From Calditrichales bacterium (GTDB taxonomy: Bacteria > Calditrichota > Calditrichia > Calditrichales > J004): 64,000 nt of DNA. Numbering within the stretch: position 1 is the stretch's first letter; every line of letters begins with the position of its first letter. The stretch spans positions 1,216,001 through 1,280,000 of the forward strand of contig OZ254086.1 in assembly GCA_965267575.1 (NCBI GenBank). Direction: 5' to 3'. Position numbers and translations under genes: made by a program. Shown piece by piece: positions 26,189-37,258 of this stretch. Below the pieces are notes generated by a model. The model did no database searches and was not told where the DNA came from. It worked only from the letters and a program-made list of their open reading frames with translations.

Positions 26189-26966
26189 CGATAAACAAAA
26201 ACGGCCTGACAGTACTTCGCTTGTAAAGCTTCAGAAAGCGTTTTTGGTTACTTTGCGTGATCAGCCAGGCGCAAAAACTTCCGACCAGTGCTCCCGCCGC
26301 TACATCTGTCAGGTAATGTTTGTCCGCAGCGATACGCATATATCCGGTTAACCCCGCCAGCACCAAACTTCCGCTCCAGATCAATCCCGATTCATTTTGA
26401 TATTTTTCTTCCAGCAGCATAGAACCGGAAACGGCCAGGGCAAAGGCCAGGCTTGTATGCCCGCTGAAAAATGAAAGATTGTCGTTATGACCGCGGGATG
26501 AAGCCGTTTTAAAACGGGCGTATGGTCTTTGACGGCCCACCAGAAATTTTACACCATTGGTAACAATGCCGGTTGCTGCCAGAACCTGCACCTGGTTAAG
26601 TATCGCGTTGCTGTATTCATAGGGCGATATGGCGGGAAGCCAGACAGCGGAGGGCATAAAAACACCATAGAGCAACGCGTCGCTGATGCGTGCCGCGGTT
26701 CGCATATTTTCTCGGCCCCAAAAAATGGCGTTACGTGCCGCAGCATCAAACTCTCCGGGCTCTGTCCAGCGAGGTTGATCCGGCGCCAGTGACTTGCCAA
26801 ATACCTGTCCGGCGGCAGCGATGGAAAGGCCGCCATAACCCAAAACATAATCCGCCGTTGACGGTTTCTCCTGAGCCGATGCGGCACCCGCCAGCAGAAA
26901 AACAATCGTGCAAACAACAAAAAAAGGCCGCGCAGTGGCGGCCTTCGTTTTACTTAACATTTCCAA
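26175..26966 (-). CDS. PAP2-family phosphatase
   Basis: K....RQRP, SFFSGHTS, RIAADKHY..DV. Confidence 0.88.
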   Translation of the reverse strand: MEMLSKTKAATARPFFVVCTIVFLLAGAASAQEKPSTADYVLGYGGLSIAAAGQVFGKSLAPDQPRWTEPGEFDAAARNAIFWGRENMRTAARISDALLYGVFMPSAVWLPAISPYEYSNAILNQVQVLAATGIVTNGVKFLVGRQRPYARFKTASSRGHNDNLSFFSGHTSLAFALAVSGSMLLEEKYQNESGLIWSGSLVLAGLTGYMRIAADKHYLTDVAAGALVGSFCAWLITQSNQKRFLKLYKRSTVRPFLFIAIPL

Positions 26967-28464
26967 TTAATTTTTGTATCGGCTTTGTAAAGATAAGGAA
27001 TACCAATCCCGCGGCAGCGACGATCACGGCCACGTTGCCGAAGAGTTCTGTCAGCGGCATATTCTCAAAATTACCCGCCAGCAGACCGGCAATCAGGTTA
27101 CCGAGAGCGGCGCCCATAAACCAGATACCCATCATCTGGCCGACAAGCTTTTTGGGAGAGAGCTTGGTGACGCTGCTAAGACCCACAGGGCTGAGACAAA
27201 GCTCGCCGGTGGTATGCAGAAAATAGGTGGCAATAAGCCAGGCCGGACTGACCAACTGGCCTTTTTCCGTGTAGCTTGCGGCCCAGGCCATTACAAAAAA
27301 ACCAACGCCTAAAAGTACAAGGCCATAGGCAAATTTTGTCGGAATGGACGGCTCGCGTCTATCCAGCCACAGCCACAACCAGCCAAACACAGGCGCCAGC
27401 GTTATGATAAAAAGAGGGTTGATCGATTGCAGCCAGCTTGCCGGCATCATCCAGCCCAGAACAACACGGTCGGTGTAGTCCGCGGCAAACAGGTTAAGGG
27501 AAGAACCTGCCTGTTCAAAACCGGACCAGAACATGGCCGCTCCTATGAACAGGAAGAAAATGACCACAATGCGCTTCTTTTCCTGAGTATTAAATTCGCC
27601 AAAGATCAAAACATACAAAAAATAGATGATGGCCAGTGAGACGATAAAAACACCGGTATTACCGGCTACATCAGCCATGTCAAACGCGAGCAGGCCGGTA
27701 ACCCGGAACGCGGCAACAAAAGCAATCAGAACGCCGACAAAACCAAGGCCAATATAAAGCATCTTGCTGTTTTTCTTGATCTCCACAGGCGTGGCTTCCG
27801 GCCGCAGACCTGCTTCGCCAAAGTTTTTAATACCCATACGGTACTGGATAAGGCCTAACACCATCCCGATACCGGCAGCGCTGAAACCAAGATGCCAGTT
27901 GATGGTTTCGCCAAGAAAACCGCAAACCAGCGGGCCGGCAAACGCGCCGATGTTGATACCCATGTAAAATATGGAGAAGCCGGCATCGCGGCGTGCCCCG
28001 CCTTCCGGGTATAAACCGCCGACAATGGCGCTCACATTGGGTTTAAGAAGACCCGTTCCGATTACAATAAGGATAAGACCAAGGTAGAAAGTAAAGGTAA
28101 AAGGAACCGCCATGCTGAAATGGCCGGCGGCAATGATAACGCCCCCGACAAAGACCGCTTTTTGCTGGCCCCAGATACGGTCAGCTACCCAGCCGCCGGG
28201 CAAAGCCAGAAGATAGACCATGGCTGTGTAAAGACCGTAAATGGCAGCGCCGGTTTCCGTGTCCAGGCCAAATCCGCCGTTCTCGATGGGCGCTACCATA
28301 AACAGCAACAATATGCCCCTCATGCCGTAGTAGCTGAATCGTTCCCAAAGCTCCGTAAAAAACAGCACCGGTAAGCCCTTTGGGTTGTGCCCGAAAATGC
28401 GTCCCATGACGCCTTCCAGTTGAGGCACTTCCGGCGTTTGCTTCTCAGGCATCCGCACCTCCAT
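26950..28464 (-). CDS. POT/PTR peptide MFS transporter
   Basis: ELWERFSYYGMR, FSIFYMGINIG, ELCLSPVGLS. Confidence 0.95.
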   Translation of the reverse strand: MEVRMPEKQTPEVPQLEGVMGRIFGHNPKGLPVLFFTELWERFSYYGMRGILLLFMVAPIENGGFGLDTETGAAIYGLYTAMVYLLALPGGWVADRIWGQQKAVFVGGVIIAAGHFSMAVPFTFTFYLGLILIVIGTGLLKPNVSAIVGGLYPEGGARRDAGFSIFYMGINIGAFAGPLVCGFLGETINWHLGFSAAGIGMVLGLIQYRMGIKNFGEAGLRPEATPVEIKKNSKMLYIGLGFVGVLIAFVAAFRVTGLLAFDMADVAGNTGVFIVSLAIIYFLYVLIFGEFNTQEKKRIVVIFFLFIGAAMFWSGFEQAGSSLNLFAADYTDRVVLGWMMPASWLQSINPLFIITLAPVFGWLWLWLDRREPSIPTKFAYGLVLLGVGFFVMAWAASYTEKGQLVSPAWLIATYFLHTTGELCLSPVGLSSVTKLSPKKLVGQMMGIWFMGAALGNLIAGLLAGNFENMPLTELFGNVAVIVAAAGLVFLIFTKPIQKLIGNVK

Positions 28465-28623
28465 GAGTTGATTTATTTATATATGTGAATGTGATTGAAT
28501 CCATGTTTCAGACAGTTTTTATTCACTTTATATGCGGGCGATTTTGTAATATAGGAAACCTGTATATAAACAACAAAACCCTTTTTTTACAAGCCGTTAC
28601 CCCCTTCGTGAAGGATAGCTATC

Positions 28624-30042
28624 ATGTCTGATATGGCAAAATCACGCTTTGTATTTGCCAAAAAGATCTGGTCCGTTTTGCGCTCAATCATGCGCGGCGA
28701 TGAGGAAGATTATACCACAGGCTCCATTGGCCGGGCTGTGCTTTACCTGGCTATTCCCATGGTGCTGGAGATGGCGCTGGAGTCGGTTTTTGCCGTCGTG
28801 GATGTTTTTTTTGTGGCCCGCCTGGGCGCCGATGCAGTGGCCGCAGTAGGCATCACCGATGCCATTGTTACGATTGTTTTTGCCATCGGTATCGGGCTGA
28901 GCATGGGTACCACCGCCATGGTGGCCCGGCGTATCGGAGAAAAGGATCGTCATGCGGCGTCACGCGCGGCGGTGCAGGCCATCTGGCTGGGCGTTTTTAT
29001 TTCGGCGCCGGTTGCGCTGGGCGGTATAATCTTTGCCGAGGACATTTTGCGCGTCATGGGTGGTAGTGATTCCGTGGTAAATATAGGCTCCGGCTTTACG
29101 GCGGTTTTGCTGGGCGGCAATATCACGATCATGCTGCTTTTTATTCTAAACGCCGTGTTTCGCGGCGCGGGAGACGCGGTTATCGCCATGCGCGTTTTGT
29201 GGATTTCCAATATTCTCAACATTATCCTGGACCCGCTTTTGATTTTCGGGATTGGCTCATTTGAAGGCTTCGGCGTTACGGGCGCGGCCATCGCCACAAC
29301 CATCGGGCGCGGGACCGGCGTTGTAATCCAGCTGCGCACGCTTTTTTCCGGCCGTAGCCGCATCCCGATTGCCTTGGCCGACCTGAAACCGGACTGGCCG
29401 CTGATGCGCCGGCTGGTGCGTATTTCCATCTGGGGTGTTTTTCAGTTTATGATTTCCACATCGTCATGGGTGGTGTTGGTTCGCATCTTGGCGGTTTTCG
29501 GCAGTGCCGCATTAGCCGGATATACGATCGCCATACGTATAATCATTTTTACTATACTGCCCTCGTGGGGTTTGTCCAACGCGGCGGCCACCCTGGTCGG
29601 CCAAAACCTCGGCGCCAAAAATCCACGGCGCGCGGAGAAATCCGTCTGGATTGCCGCTTATGTGAACCTGGCTTTCCTGCTTTCGATTGCTGCCGTTTTT
29701 ATTGCCATTCCGGAGTGGATCGTCAGGATATTTACAGATGACCCGGCGGTGCTTCAACAGGGCGTGGAGGCGTTGCGGGTCATCAGCTACGGATATGGTT
29801 TTTACGCCTTCGGTATGGTCATTGTGCAGGCATTCAACGGCGCGGGCGATACAACTACGCCGACCATTGTAAACTTTTTTTCCTACTGGATTTTTCAAAT
29901 ACCGCTGGCTTACGTATTTTCCGTATCGCTGGGTTTTGGCGCGCATGGCGTTTACTGGGCCATCCCCGTGGCCGAGGCGCTGTTGACCGTCATTGCCGTC
30001 GTCGTGTTTAAACGCGGCAAGTGGAAGCTGAAAGAAGTATAA
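28624..30042 (+). CDS. MATE efflux transporter
   Basis: LAIPMVLE, NIILDPLLIFG, GVTGAAIAT, VGQNLGA. Confidence 0.93.
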   Translation: MSDMAKSRFVFAKKIWSVLRSIMRGDEEDYTTGSIGRAVLYLAIPMVLEMALESVFAVVDVFFVARLGADAVAAVGITDAIVTIVFAIGIGLSMGTTAMVARRIGEKDRHAASRAAVQAIWLGVFISAPVALGGIIFAEDILRVMGGSDSVVNIGSGFTAVLLGGNITIMLLFILNAVFRGAGDAVIAMRVLWISNILNIILDPLLIFGIGSFEGFGVTGAAIATTIGRGTGVVIQLRTLFSGRSRIPIALADLKPDWPLMRRLVRISIWGVFQFMISTSSWVVLVRILAVFGSAALAGYTIAIRIIIFTILPSWGLSNAAATLVGQNLGAKNPRRAEKSVWIAAYVNLAFLLSIAAVFIAIPEWIVRIFTDDPAVLQQGVEALRVISYGYGFYAFGMVIVQAFNGAGDTTTPTIVNFFSYWIFQIPLAYVFSVSLGFGAHGVYWAIPVAEALLTVIAVVVFKRGKWKLKEV

Positions 30043-30061
30043 TTCAAACGCACACAGCCAT

Positions 30062-31456
30062 ATGAATTTCAGGGACTTGTTCGAAAGGCAGAATGTTTAT
30101 TTCCGCGATACCGTGCGGCATACGGATGCTAAAAGCCGGGTGCGCAAACTTTCGCAAATGCGCGAATGGATCATGGGCAACCGAGAGCAGATAGGCCAAG
30201 CCGTTTACGCCGATCTGAAAAAGTCCGTCCCGGAAACAGACCTTACCGAGATAAAAGCCTCCCTGCTGGAAATTGACCATGCCCGTAAAAACCTACGGCG
30301 CTGGATGAAACCAAAACGTGCCGGCAGGTCGCTGCTTTTTCTCAGTGCTTCGGGCAAAACGGTCGCCCAGCCCAAAGGTGTCTGCCTGATCATTTCGCCA
30401 TGGAATTTTCCATTTCTGTTGAGCATCGGTCCGTTAACGGCGGCGATCGCGGCGGGTAATTGTGTTATTCTAAAGCCTTCGGAAATGGCCCCGCAAACAA
30501 GCCGCCTGCTGTGCCGCATGGCCGAAGAGCTTTTCCCGGCGCAGGAAATATCTGTCGTTGAAGGCGGTGTCGAAACGGCACAGGCGTTGCTGAAATTGCC
30601 CTTTGACCACATCTTTTTTACCGGCAGCACACGTGTTGGCAAAATCGTTATGGAAGCGGCTGCCCAAAATCTCAGTTCGCTGACGCTGGAGCTGGGCGGT
30701 GAAAATCCGGCCATAGTGGATGATACGGCACGCATTGAACTGACCGCGCGGCGACTTGTGTGGGGCAGGTTTATCAATTGCGGCCAGGCTTGCGTGGCGC
30801 CCAATACCGTTTATGTGCACGAAAGCATCCGTGAACCTTTGACAGTGGCAGTTAAGCGCCAGATTGGGATGCTGTTTCCCGGCGCCAAAAAAAACAATCC
30901 CGATTACGGGCGCATTATTGATGAAAAAAATTTCAGGCGGATTGCAGAACTGCTGGATGATGCCGGAGAGAAGCAGGCGCGCGTTATCTATGGCGGCAAT
31001 ACGGACGAAAAAGAGCTTTTCATCGAGCCCACTGTTTTGGAGTGCAACAACAGGGAGGCACGTGTTTTCCGCGAAGAAATTTTCGGGCCGCTTTTGGTAT
31101 TACATGGCTATAAAGAATTGGACGATGTACTGGCTTTTATTAATGAAGGCCATAAACCTCTGGCCCTGTATGTTTTTTCACAGAACAGAAAGGCGATCGA
31201 TTATATTATCTCAAACAGCGCGTCCGGTGGTGTGGGCATTAACGATACGACGCTGCAATTTGCCCACCCGCATCTGCCTTTCGGGGGAGAAAATCATAGC
31301 GGCCTGGGACGCGGCCACGGCTATCACGGTTTTCTGGCTTTCAGCAATGAGCGGGCCGTTTTTCGCCAGAGCCGCTGGAATACAAGCGCGCTGATTTATC
31401 CGCCTTACACGGCGGGCGTAAAAAAAATCATAAATATTATTTTACGATATTTCTAA
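30062..31456 (+). CDS. Aldehyde dehydrogenase (family 3-like)
   Basis: PWNFP, FFTGS, LELGG, GQACVAP, EEIFGP, PFGG. Confidence 0.93.
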   Translation: MNFRDLFERQNVYFRDTVRHTDAKSRVRKLSQMREWIMGNREQIGQAVYADLKKSVPETDLTEIKASLLEIDHARKNLRRWMKPKRAGRSLLFLSASGKTVAQPKGVCLIISPWNFPFLLSIGPLTAAIAAGNCVILKPSEMAPQTSRLLCRMAEELFPAQEISVVEGGVETAQALLKLPFDHIFFTGSTRVGKIVMEAAAQNLSSLTLELGGENPAIVDDTARIELTARRLVWGRFINCGQACVAPNTVYVHESIREPLTVAVKRQIGMLFPGAKKNNPDYGRIIDEKNFRRIAELLDDAGEKQARVIYGGNTDEKELFIEPTVLECNNREARVFREEIFGPLLVLHGYKELDDVLAFINEGHKPLALYVFSQNRKAIDYIISNSASGGVGINDTTLQFAHPHLPFGGENHSGLGRGHGYHGFLAFSNERAVFRQSRWNTSALIYPPYTAGVKKIINIILRYF

Positions 31457-31482
31457 AACCAACACCTATAAGGGAGGAGACT

Positions 31483-32319
31483 ATGACACGGTTATTAGCC
31501 CTTTGTATTTTTGTATTCGGCATTTCTGTAACACATGCCCAGATCGAAACACCGGCGCCCAGCCCGCTGGCCAAGGTGACGCAGGTTGTGGGCATTACCG
31601 AAGTGGAGATTACCTATTCCCGCCCGGGCATAAAGGGACGCGAGATCTTTGGCGGCCTTGTTCCATACAATGAAGTATGGCGGACAGGCGCCAACGCCTC
31701 CACCAAGCTAAGCTTTAGCAGCAGTGTGACGCTGGAAGGCAATGATATTCCGGCAGGGACTTACAGCCTTTACACTATTCCCAATCCCGAAGGCTGGGAA
31801 ATTATCATCAACAAAAAACTGGATTCCGGCGGACGTCATGTGGCGGAAGAAGATTTGATACGCTTTAAAGTAAAGCCCGGCGATTTCCCGCGTTCGGTTG
31901 AACGCTTTTATATCGGTGTGGAAGACATGACCGACAACAGTGCGACGATCTTTCTGCGCTGGCATAAAACCGAAGTACCGATCCGCCTGGAAGTACCAAC
32001 CAAAACACTTGTTATGGAAAGCATCGACAATTTTGTGGAGAAGGGCGACCATGGCAATGCCGGATCGTGGTATCAGGCGGCGCGCTATTTTTATGACAAC
32101 GATGTAGATACTGAAAAGGCACTGGAGATGGTCAACAAGTCACTTGAGCTAAATGCCGATCCGTTTTGGGTATGGCACACCAAAGCGCTGATACTGGCCA
32201 AGCTGGAGCGCAATGAAGGCGCCGTTGAAGCAGCCAAAATGAGTATGCAAAAAGCAGAAGAAGCAGGTAACACCGATTTTATAAGACTTAATGAAGAGCT
32301 GATCAAGGAACTGCAGTAG
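31483..32319 (+). CDS. DUF2911 domain protein with C-terminal TPR-like region
   Basis: SP...V.Q.VG.T..EITYSRP..KGR.IFG.LVPY..VWRTGAN. Confidence 0.88.
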   Translation: MTRLLALCIFVFGISVTHAQIETPAPSPLAKVTQVVGITEVEITYSRPGIKGREIFGGLVPYNEVWRTGANASTKLSFSSSVTLEGNDIPAGTYSLYTIPNPEGWEIIINKKLDSGGRHVAEEDLIRFKVKPGDFPRSVERFYIGVEDMTDNSATIFLRWHKTEVPIRLEVPTKTLVMESIDNFVEKGDHGNAGSWYQAARYFYDNDVDTEKALEMVNKSLELNADPFWVWHTKALILAKLERNEGAVEAAKMSMQKAEEAGNTDFIRLNEELIKELQ

Positions 32320-32332
32320 CGCGGAGACCTCC

Positions 32333-33022
32333 ATGGAAAAAACGGTTTTAATAACAGGAGCGGCCGGCAACCTGGGGCAGGCGGCGGTTAAGCGTTTTCT
32401 GGATGACGGCTGGTTTGTGGTCGCCACGCTGGCCCCCGGCGAAAAGCTGGATATTTCCCATGAAAAGCTGCTTAAGCATGAAGTGAATCTGTTTAACGAG
32501 GACGAAGCCGCCAAATGTGTACGCACCACCATAAATACACGGCGCAGTATCGACGCTGCCCTGCTGCTGGTGGGCGGCTTTGCCATGGGCAAGGTGGAAG
32601 AAACCGGCAAGGAACAGCTGGACCGCATGTACCGCCTCAATTTTGAGACGGCTTACTTCTGCGCGCGACCGCTGCTCAAACAGATGAAAGCGCAAAAAAA
32701 CGGCGGGCAGATTGTTCTGGTGGGCACGCGGCCGGGCTTAAATCCCGCTGAGGGAGCGGCCATGGCGGCATACACCCTGTCCAAATCGCTGATCTTTTCG
32801 CTGGCGGATATTCTTAATAAGGACGGTGAAGAGCATGGCGTTACGACATCGGTGATTGTACCGAGCACGATCGATACGCCGCAAAACCGCAAATCGATGC
32901 CCGATGCCGACTTTGATGAATGGGTGACGCCGGAAAGCCTGGCCAATGTGCTGGCTTTTGCATGTTCCGAAGAGGCCGGGGATCTGCGACAGACGATCTT
33001 TAAAGTCTACGGCGATTCCTGA
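32333..33022 (+). CDS. Short-chain dehydrogenase/reductase
   Basis: TGAAGNLG, YTLSK, PSTIDTP.NR. Confidence 0.9.
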   Translation: MEKTVLITGAAGNLGQAAVKRFLDDGWFVVATLAPGEKLDISHEKLLKHEVNLFNEDEAAKCVRTTINTRRSIDAALLLVGGFAMGKVEETGKEQLDRMYRLNFETAYFCARPLLKQMKAQKNGGQIVLVGTRPGLNPAEGAAMAAYTLSKSLIFSLADILNKDGEEHGVTTSVIVPSTIDTPQNRKSMPDADFDEWVTPESLANVLAFACSEEAGDLRQTIFKVYGDS

Positions 33023-33034
33023 AATAACTAATTT

Positions 33035-33068
33035 AAAAAGCCCCGCACATGAAAGCGGGGCTTTTTTT
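33035..33068. terminator. Bidirectional intrinsic terminator
   Basis: AAAAAGCCCCGC-N8-GCGGGGCTTTTTT between convergent genes. Confidence 0.88.
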
Positions 33069-33858
33069 ATTTGATGTTGCTTTTTTTGCGGATGATCGTG
33101 CGGGCCTTGTTGCCTATGGGGATAAGGTTATAGAAGAAGTTTTTGACCGGTTTATAGGAGTAGGTCTCCCACACCACTACTTCAAAGCCCGCTTTTTCAG
33201 CGAGAAACGTAAATGAATCTTTATTGTATTCATTACAATGCCCGGGAACATAGCCCTTGCCGTAGGTGCGATCATGGATGCCAGCCTTTTGCAGCAACCG
33301 TTTCACTTTCAGATCCAGTGCTTTTATGTTGGGAAATTCCAGCACGGCATGACCGTTTTCTTTCAGGGCACTGTTGATTTGCTTCATGGCCAGCACAGGT
33401 TCGGGCAGATGCTCAAGAACATGCCGCAACACCACCAGGTCATATTTTTGATCGGTGTAGCCGTCCTCCAGAAAATTGGCAATATCCACATCGATGCCCA
33501 GCTTTTTTTCTATGGACTCCGCCAGCAGCGGAGAAAGCTCCAGGCCATGAGGCTGCCAGCCTGCCTTTTGCAGCAGGTACAGAAGCCGACCATTACCGCA
33601 TCCGATATCCAGCACACTTCCGGGCTTGTCCAAATGCTTCGTAATAAAACGGTATGTGATTGTCTGCGCGATATTGACCTTGTCATCCTCGTCATAAGGA
33701 TCAATATAAACCCGGCCGTATTTTTCCTGGTTTAGTCCATTAGACAAGTCATAATTGACCATACCGCATTCATCGCAGCGCTTAAACTTAAATTGCTGAT
33801 CGTCTCCCTGTGTATAATACAACTCCAATTCGTCTGAACCGCAGACACGACAAACCAT
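33067..33858 (-). CDS. Class I SAM-dependent methyltransferase with N-terminal CxxC/CxxC
   Basis: CRVC..CDEC, LDIGCGNG, HVLEHL. Confidence 0.88.
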   Translation of the reverse strand: MVCRVCGSDELELYYTQGDDQQFKFKRCDECGMVNYDLSNGLNQEKYGRVYIDPYDEDDKVNIAQTITYRFITKHLDKPGSVLDIGCGNGRLLYLLQKAGWQPHGLELSPLLAESIEKKLGIDVDIANFLEDGYTDQKYDLVVLRHVLEHLPEPVLAMKQINSALKENGHAVLEFPNIKALDLKVKRLLQKAGIHDRTYGKGYVPGHCNEYNKDSFTFLAEKAGFEVVVWETYSYKPVKNFFYNLIPIGNKARTIIRKKSNIK

Positions 33859-34065
33859 AATGCCCCTCTTAAAAAATATCCGTAATGATTGCAAAAGGTG
33901 GCCAAACTAATATCGTTATCACAAAAACGCAAACGACAAAACAATAGCACGCATATAGATTAGCTTCTTTTGTGGTAGCCGGAGAACCCCAATTTAGGAA
34001 CAACAACGGCGGTTTTATCAATTTGCAGTATTTGTACCCTTCTGCTTTTTGCGTAACTTTGCCTT

Positions 34066-34956
34066 TTGGGAAAAATAATGACAGAAAAATCGCAAAACGG
34101 GCTTGCATTAACGCTTTTGCTTGCCGTATCCGTCATCTGGGGCAGCTCGTTTATTCTTATTAAAAAAGGTCTACTGGTTTACTCTCCGCAGCAGGTGGCT
34201 TTGCTGCGCGTATTTTTTGCCTGGATTGTACTTGTGCCCAGCGCACTGATCCATTTACGAAGATATTTCAAAAAGAGCGGCTGGCTGCTGGCCGTTTCGG
34301 GGATTATCGGTAATTTTATCCCGGCCTTTTTATTTGCCACGGCGCAGACGCGACTGGACAGCGGCATCACCGGTATTCTGAATTCGCTTACGCCATTGTT
34401 TACTATGATGGTGGGCGTATTGGCTTTTAGCCTGGCCATGCAGGCACGGCAGCTTGTGGGATTGCTGCTTGGGCTGAGTGGCTCCATTGTACTAAGCCTG
34501 ATTGGCAGCGGCGGCACTTTAGGGAGCATGAACTTTTTCGCCCTCTTTGTAATCCTGGCTTCGTTCTGCTACGGCACTAATGTCAACATTATAAAAAAAT
34601 ATTTTGCGGGGATTCCTTCGTTCCGCCTTACGGCCATGTCACTCTTTTTTATCGGCCCGCCTTCGCTGGTGTTACTTTTTCTTACTGATTTCAATCAACG
34701 CCTTGTTGAATCTCCCGGTGCCTGGCAGGCCCTTGGGTTTTTGGCCATTCTGGGGATCGTAAATACTTCGGTTGCCCTGGTATTATTCAACAAACTGATA
34801 AAAATGACGTCACCGGTTACGGCCAGCTCGGTCACATATATCATTCCGGTAATTGCTCTTGCTTTTGGTGTGTGGGACGGTGAACCGTTTTATATGTGGC
34901 ATGTGTTGGGCATGGCGATGATTGTCGGCGGTGTCTATCTCATCAACCGGCGTTGA
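34066..34956 (+). CDS. DMT/EamA transporter
   Basis: IWGSSF..IK, LNSLTPLFT, VTYIIPV; about 10 transmembrane segments. Confidence 0.9.
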   Translation: MGKIMTEKSQNGLALTLLLAVSVIWGSSFILIKKGLLVYSPQQVALLRVFFAWIVLVPSALIHLRRYFKKSGWLLAVSGIIGNFIPAFLFATAQTRLDSGITGILNSLTPLFTMMVGVLAFSLAMQARQLVGLLLGLSGSIVLSLIGSGGTLGSMNFFALFVILASFCYGTNVNIIKKYFAGIPSFRLTAMSLFFIGPPSLVLLFLTDFNQRLVESPGAWQALGFLAILGIVNTSVALVLFNKLIKMTSPVTASSVTYIIPVIALAFGVWDGEPFYMWHVLGMAMIVGGVYLINRR

Positions 34957-34957
34957 T

Positions 34958-35806
34958 ATGCTGCACAGCACCCACCGTCGCGGCCTGGTCAACCTGCTTT
35001 TTGCCACCTTCTCGTACAGCATTATGGCCGTATTCGTCAAACTGGCCGGCACGGATATGCCATCGCAGCAGATCGTTTTCCTGCGTTCCGGCGTCGGCTG
35101 CCTGCTGATCGTCTTCCTGGCCTGGCGTCGCGGTATAAGCCTTAAAGGACACAACTACGGTTTGCTTGCCCAAAGGGCGCTGTTTGGCTTTTTCGGGATG
35201 TCGGCTTATTTCTACACACTCACGGTCATCCCCATTGCCGACTCGACCATCCTGCTTTATACCAACCCGCTGTTTACCATCTTGCTGGCGCCTTACTTAT
35301 TGCGCGAGGCCAACACCGGGCGTCAGTGGTCATACTCAACGCTTGGCTTTATCGGCGTTTTTATGGTAATCCAGCCAACGCTCAAGCTGGATCCGCTGGC
35401 AACAGTTGTGGGTATTGCCGGGGCCGTCGCGACCGCCCTTGCTTACATCACTGTAAGACGCATGCGCGATTCCGAGCACGAATTGGTGATTATTTTTTAT
35501 TTTATGTCCTTTTCCGTATTGGCCTCGTTTCCGGGCATCAGTTATGATTTTGTGATGCCCGGCGCGCGCGTTTGGTGGTATATCGCCGGGGTAGGCGTTT
35601 TTACCGTTCTGGGCCAATTGTTCATGACCCGCGGCCTGCACCGTGTGCGTGCGACGCAGGCAACTAACGTTTCCTACAGCAATGTACTATTCACCACTTT
35701 TTGGGGTATTTTAATCTGGGGTAACTGGCCGGATGTTCTGGCGGTCGCCGGCGTACTGTTTATTGTTGGCTCGATCGTTTTAATGAATCGGCGCGCTAGT
35801 AGTTAA
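34958..35806 (+). CDS. DMT/EamA transporter
   Basis: IVFLRS, YTNPLFT..LA, GQLFMTRG. Confidence 0.88.
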   Translation: MLHSTHRRGLVNLLFATFSYSIMAVFVKLAGTDMPSQQIVFLRSGVGCLLIVFLAWRRGISLKGHNYGLLAQRALFGFFGMSAYFYTLTVIPIADSTILLYTNPLFTILLAPYLLREANTGRQWSYSTLGFIGVFMVIQPTLKLDPLATVVGIAGAVATALAYITVRRMRDSEHELVIIFYFMSFSVLASFPGISYDFVMPGARVWWYIAGVGVFTVLGQLFMTRGLHRVRATQATNVSYSNVLFTTFWGILIWGNWPDVLAVAGVLFIVGSIVLMNRRASS

Positions 35807-36419
35807 GCGCCTTAACATCGCCGGCGCCTTTGCGCAAAATCTCAGGCGGATTGACGGTAAAATCCACGATGGTGGAAGGATTAATGAAGCTGATGCCGGC
35901 ATCGATGATCAGGTCGAGGTCATGGCCGTAAAGCTTGAATATTTCCTGCGGATCGGTGTGGTAGGTCAGGTCATCTTCGATGGGTACGCTGGTTGACAAT
36001 ATGGGGTTGCCAAGCTCTTCGATGATAGCCAGGGCCAGCGGGGCATCGGGAATACGTATCCCCACCTGCTTGCGGTTATAAAGAAGCATTTTGGGCACAT
36101 CGCGGGTTGCCGGCAAAACAAAAGTGTAAGGACCGGGCACCACGCGGCGCATTATGCGGTAAGCATAGTCCGGCACATTGGCGTAGGTGGCGATATCTTT
36201 CAAATCCGGCAGGATAAAACTCAGCGGCTTTTTGATCGATTCATGCTTGATGCGCATGATACGGTTCATGGCCTTCTTGCTGAACAGGTCCGCGCCGAGG
36301 CCATAGATCGTATCCGTGGGATAAACGATAACGCCATCATTGCGCAGAATCTCCACAGCGCGCTTTACCGCTTTGTAATTTACCGTATCCGGGTAAGCTT
36401 CAATCATTTCCGCTGGCAT
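35796..36419 (-). CDS. Sua5/YciO/YrdC family protein
   Basis: YPTDTIYGLG, PGPYTF, VGIRIP, PILSTS, PSTIVD. Confidence 0.92.
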   Translation of the reverse strand: MPAEMIEAYPDTVNYKAVKRAVEILRNDGVIVYPTDTIYGLGADLFSKKAMNRIMRIKHESIKKPLSFILPDLKDIATYANVPDYAYRIMRRVVPGPYTFVLPATRDVPKMLLYNRKQVGIRIPDAPLALAIIEELGNPILSTSVPIEDDLTYHTDPQEIFKLYGHDLDLIIDAGISFINPSTIVDFTVNPPEILRKGAGDVKALNY

Positions 36420-36604
36420 AATATCTTCCGGTTAAAAGTGCCTAATTTAAAGCATTGTTTTCATCGATAAAAGGAGAATCGAAACTGTTCGCTGCTTTAT
36501 ACAGAGAGCATCATTGGAATAATGACAAAAAGCGACATAGTTTTAAATTATTCCCCGCGGCAACAGGCCTGCGGAAAACTTGGTTTTGGCCAGCAGGAGG
36601 AGAT

Positions 36605-37021
36605 ATGGCGCAATACAATAGCGAATTAATTACAGCTTTACGCGAAACAGCACGGCGGCTTAAAAGCGGCGCGCGCTACGAGTGGGGCCACATGGGGCGC
36701 TGCAATTGCGGCCACCTTGTGCAAACCGTAACCGGCATGAGCGATGTGGAAATTGTAAAATCGATTGATTTTAAACTGGATGAATGGACCGAACATGCCC
36801 GTGATTATTGCCGGGGAACCGGCGGCAAAGTGGATGAAATCTTTGAACAACTTAAAATGCTGGGCTTCAGCCGTGAAGACGTGCTGCACCTGGAATACCT
36901 CTCTGATCCGCAGATACTGGGCCGGCTGAACCGTGAGAACAAACATTTGTCCCACAACAATATAGATGATGTCATCGAATACATGGAGACCATGGCCGAC
37001 GTTCTGGGAGAGAAGATCTAG
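36605..37021 (+). CDS. Conserved hypothetical protein
   Basis: AGGAGG RBS; YEWGHMGRCNCGHL motif. Confidence 0.7.
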   Translation: MAQYNSELITALRETARRLKSGARYEWGHMGRCNCGHLVQTVTGMSDVEIVKSIDFKLDEWTEHARDYCRGTGGKVDEIFEQLKMLGFSREDVLHLEYLSDPQILGRLNRENKHLSHNNIDDVIEYMETMADVLGEKI

Positions 37022-37059
37022 GTTTAGATCCTAAAATGATTCAGCATTACAAAATGCCC

Positions 37060-37158
37060 GTCATGCTGAACTTGTTTCAGCATCTTCTCCACGTTCGATC
37101 AATGAACTGGGTCTATACGCTGCCGCGAACATAGATCCTGAAATGAATTCAGGATGAC
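37060..37158. repeat. Paired inverted REP-like palindromes
   Basis: GTCATGCTGAACTTGTTTCAGCATCT ... AGATCCTGAAATGAATTCAGGATGAC; related copy at 44489-44515. Confidence 0.8.
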
Positions 37159-37258
37159 GCAGTCCTGTTTTTCTGAACTCGTTCCAGCATCTTTTCTTTA
37201 ATGAAACTCGAGCTGACTCTTTGTTGTACCGCATCCGACCAATCGTTATCATTCCCCC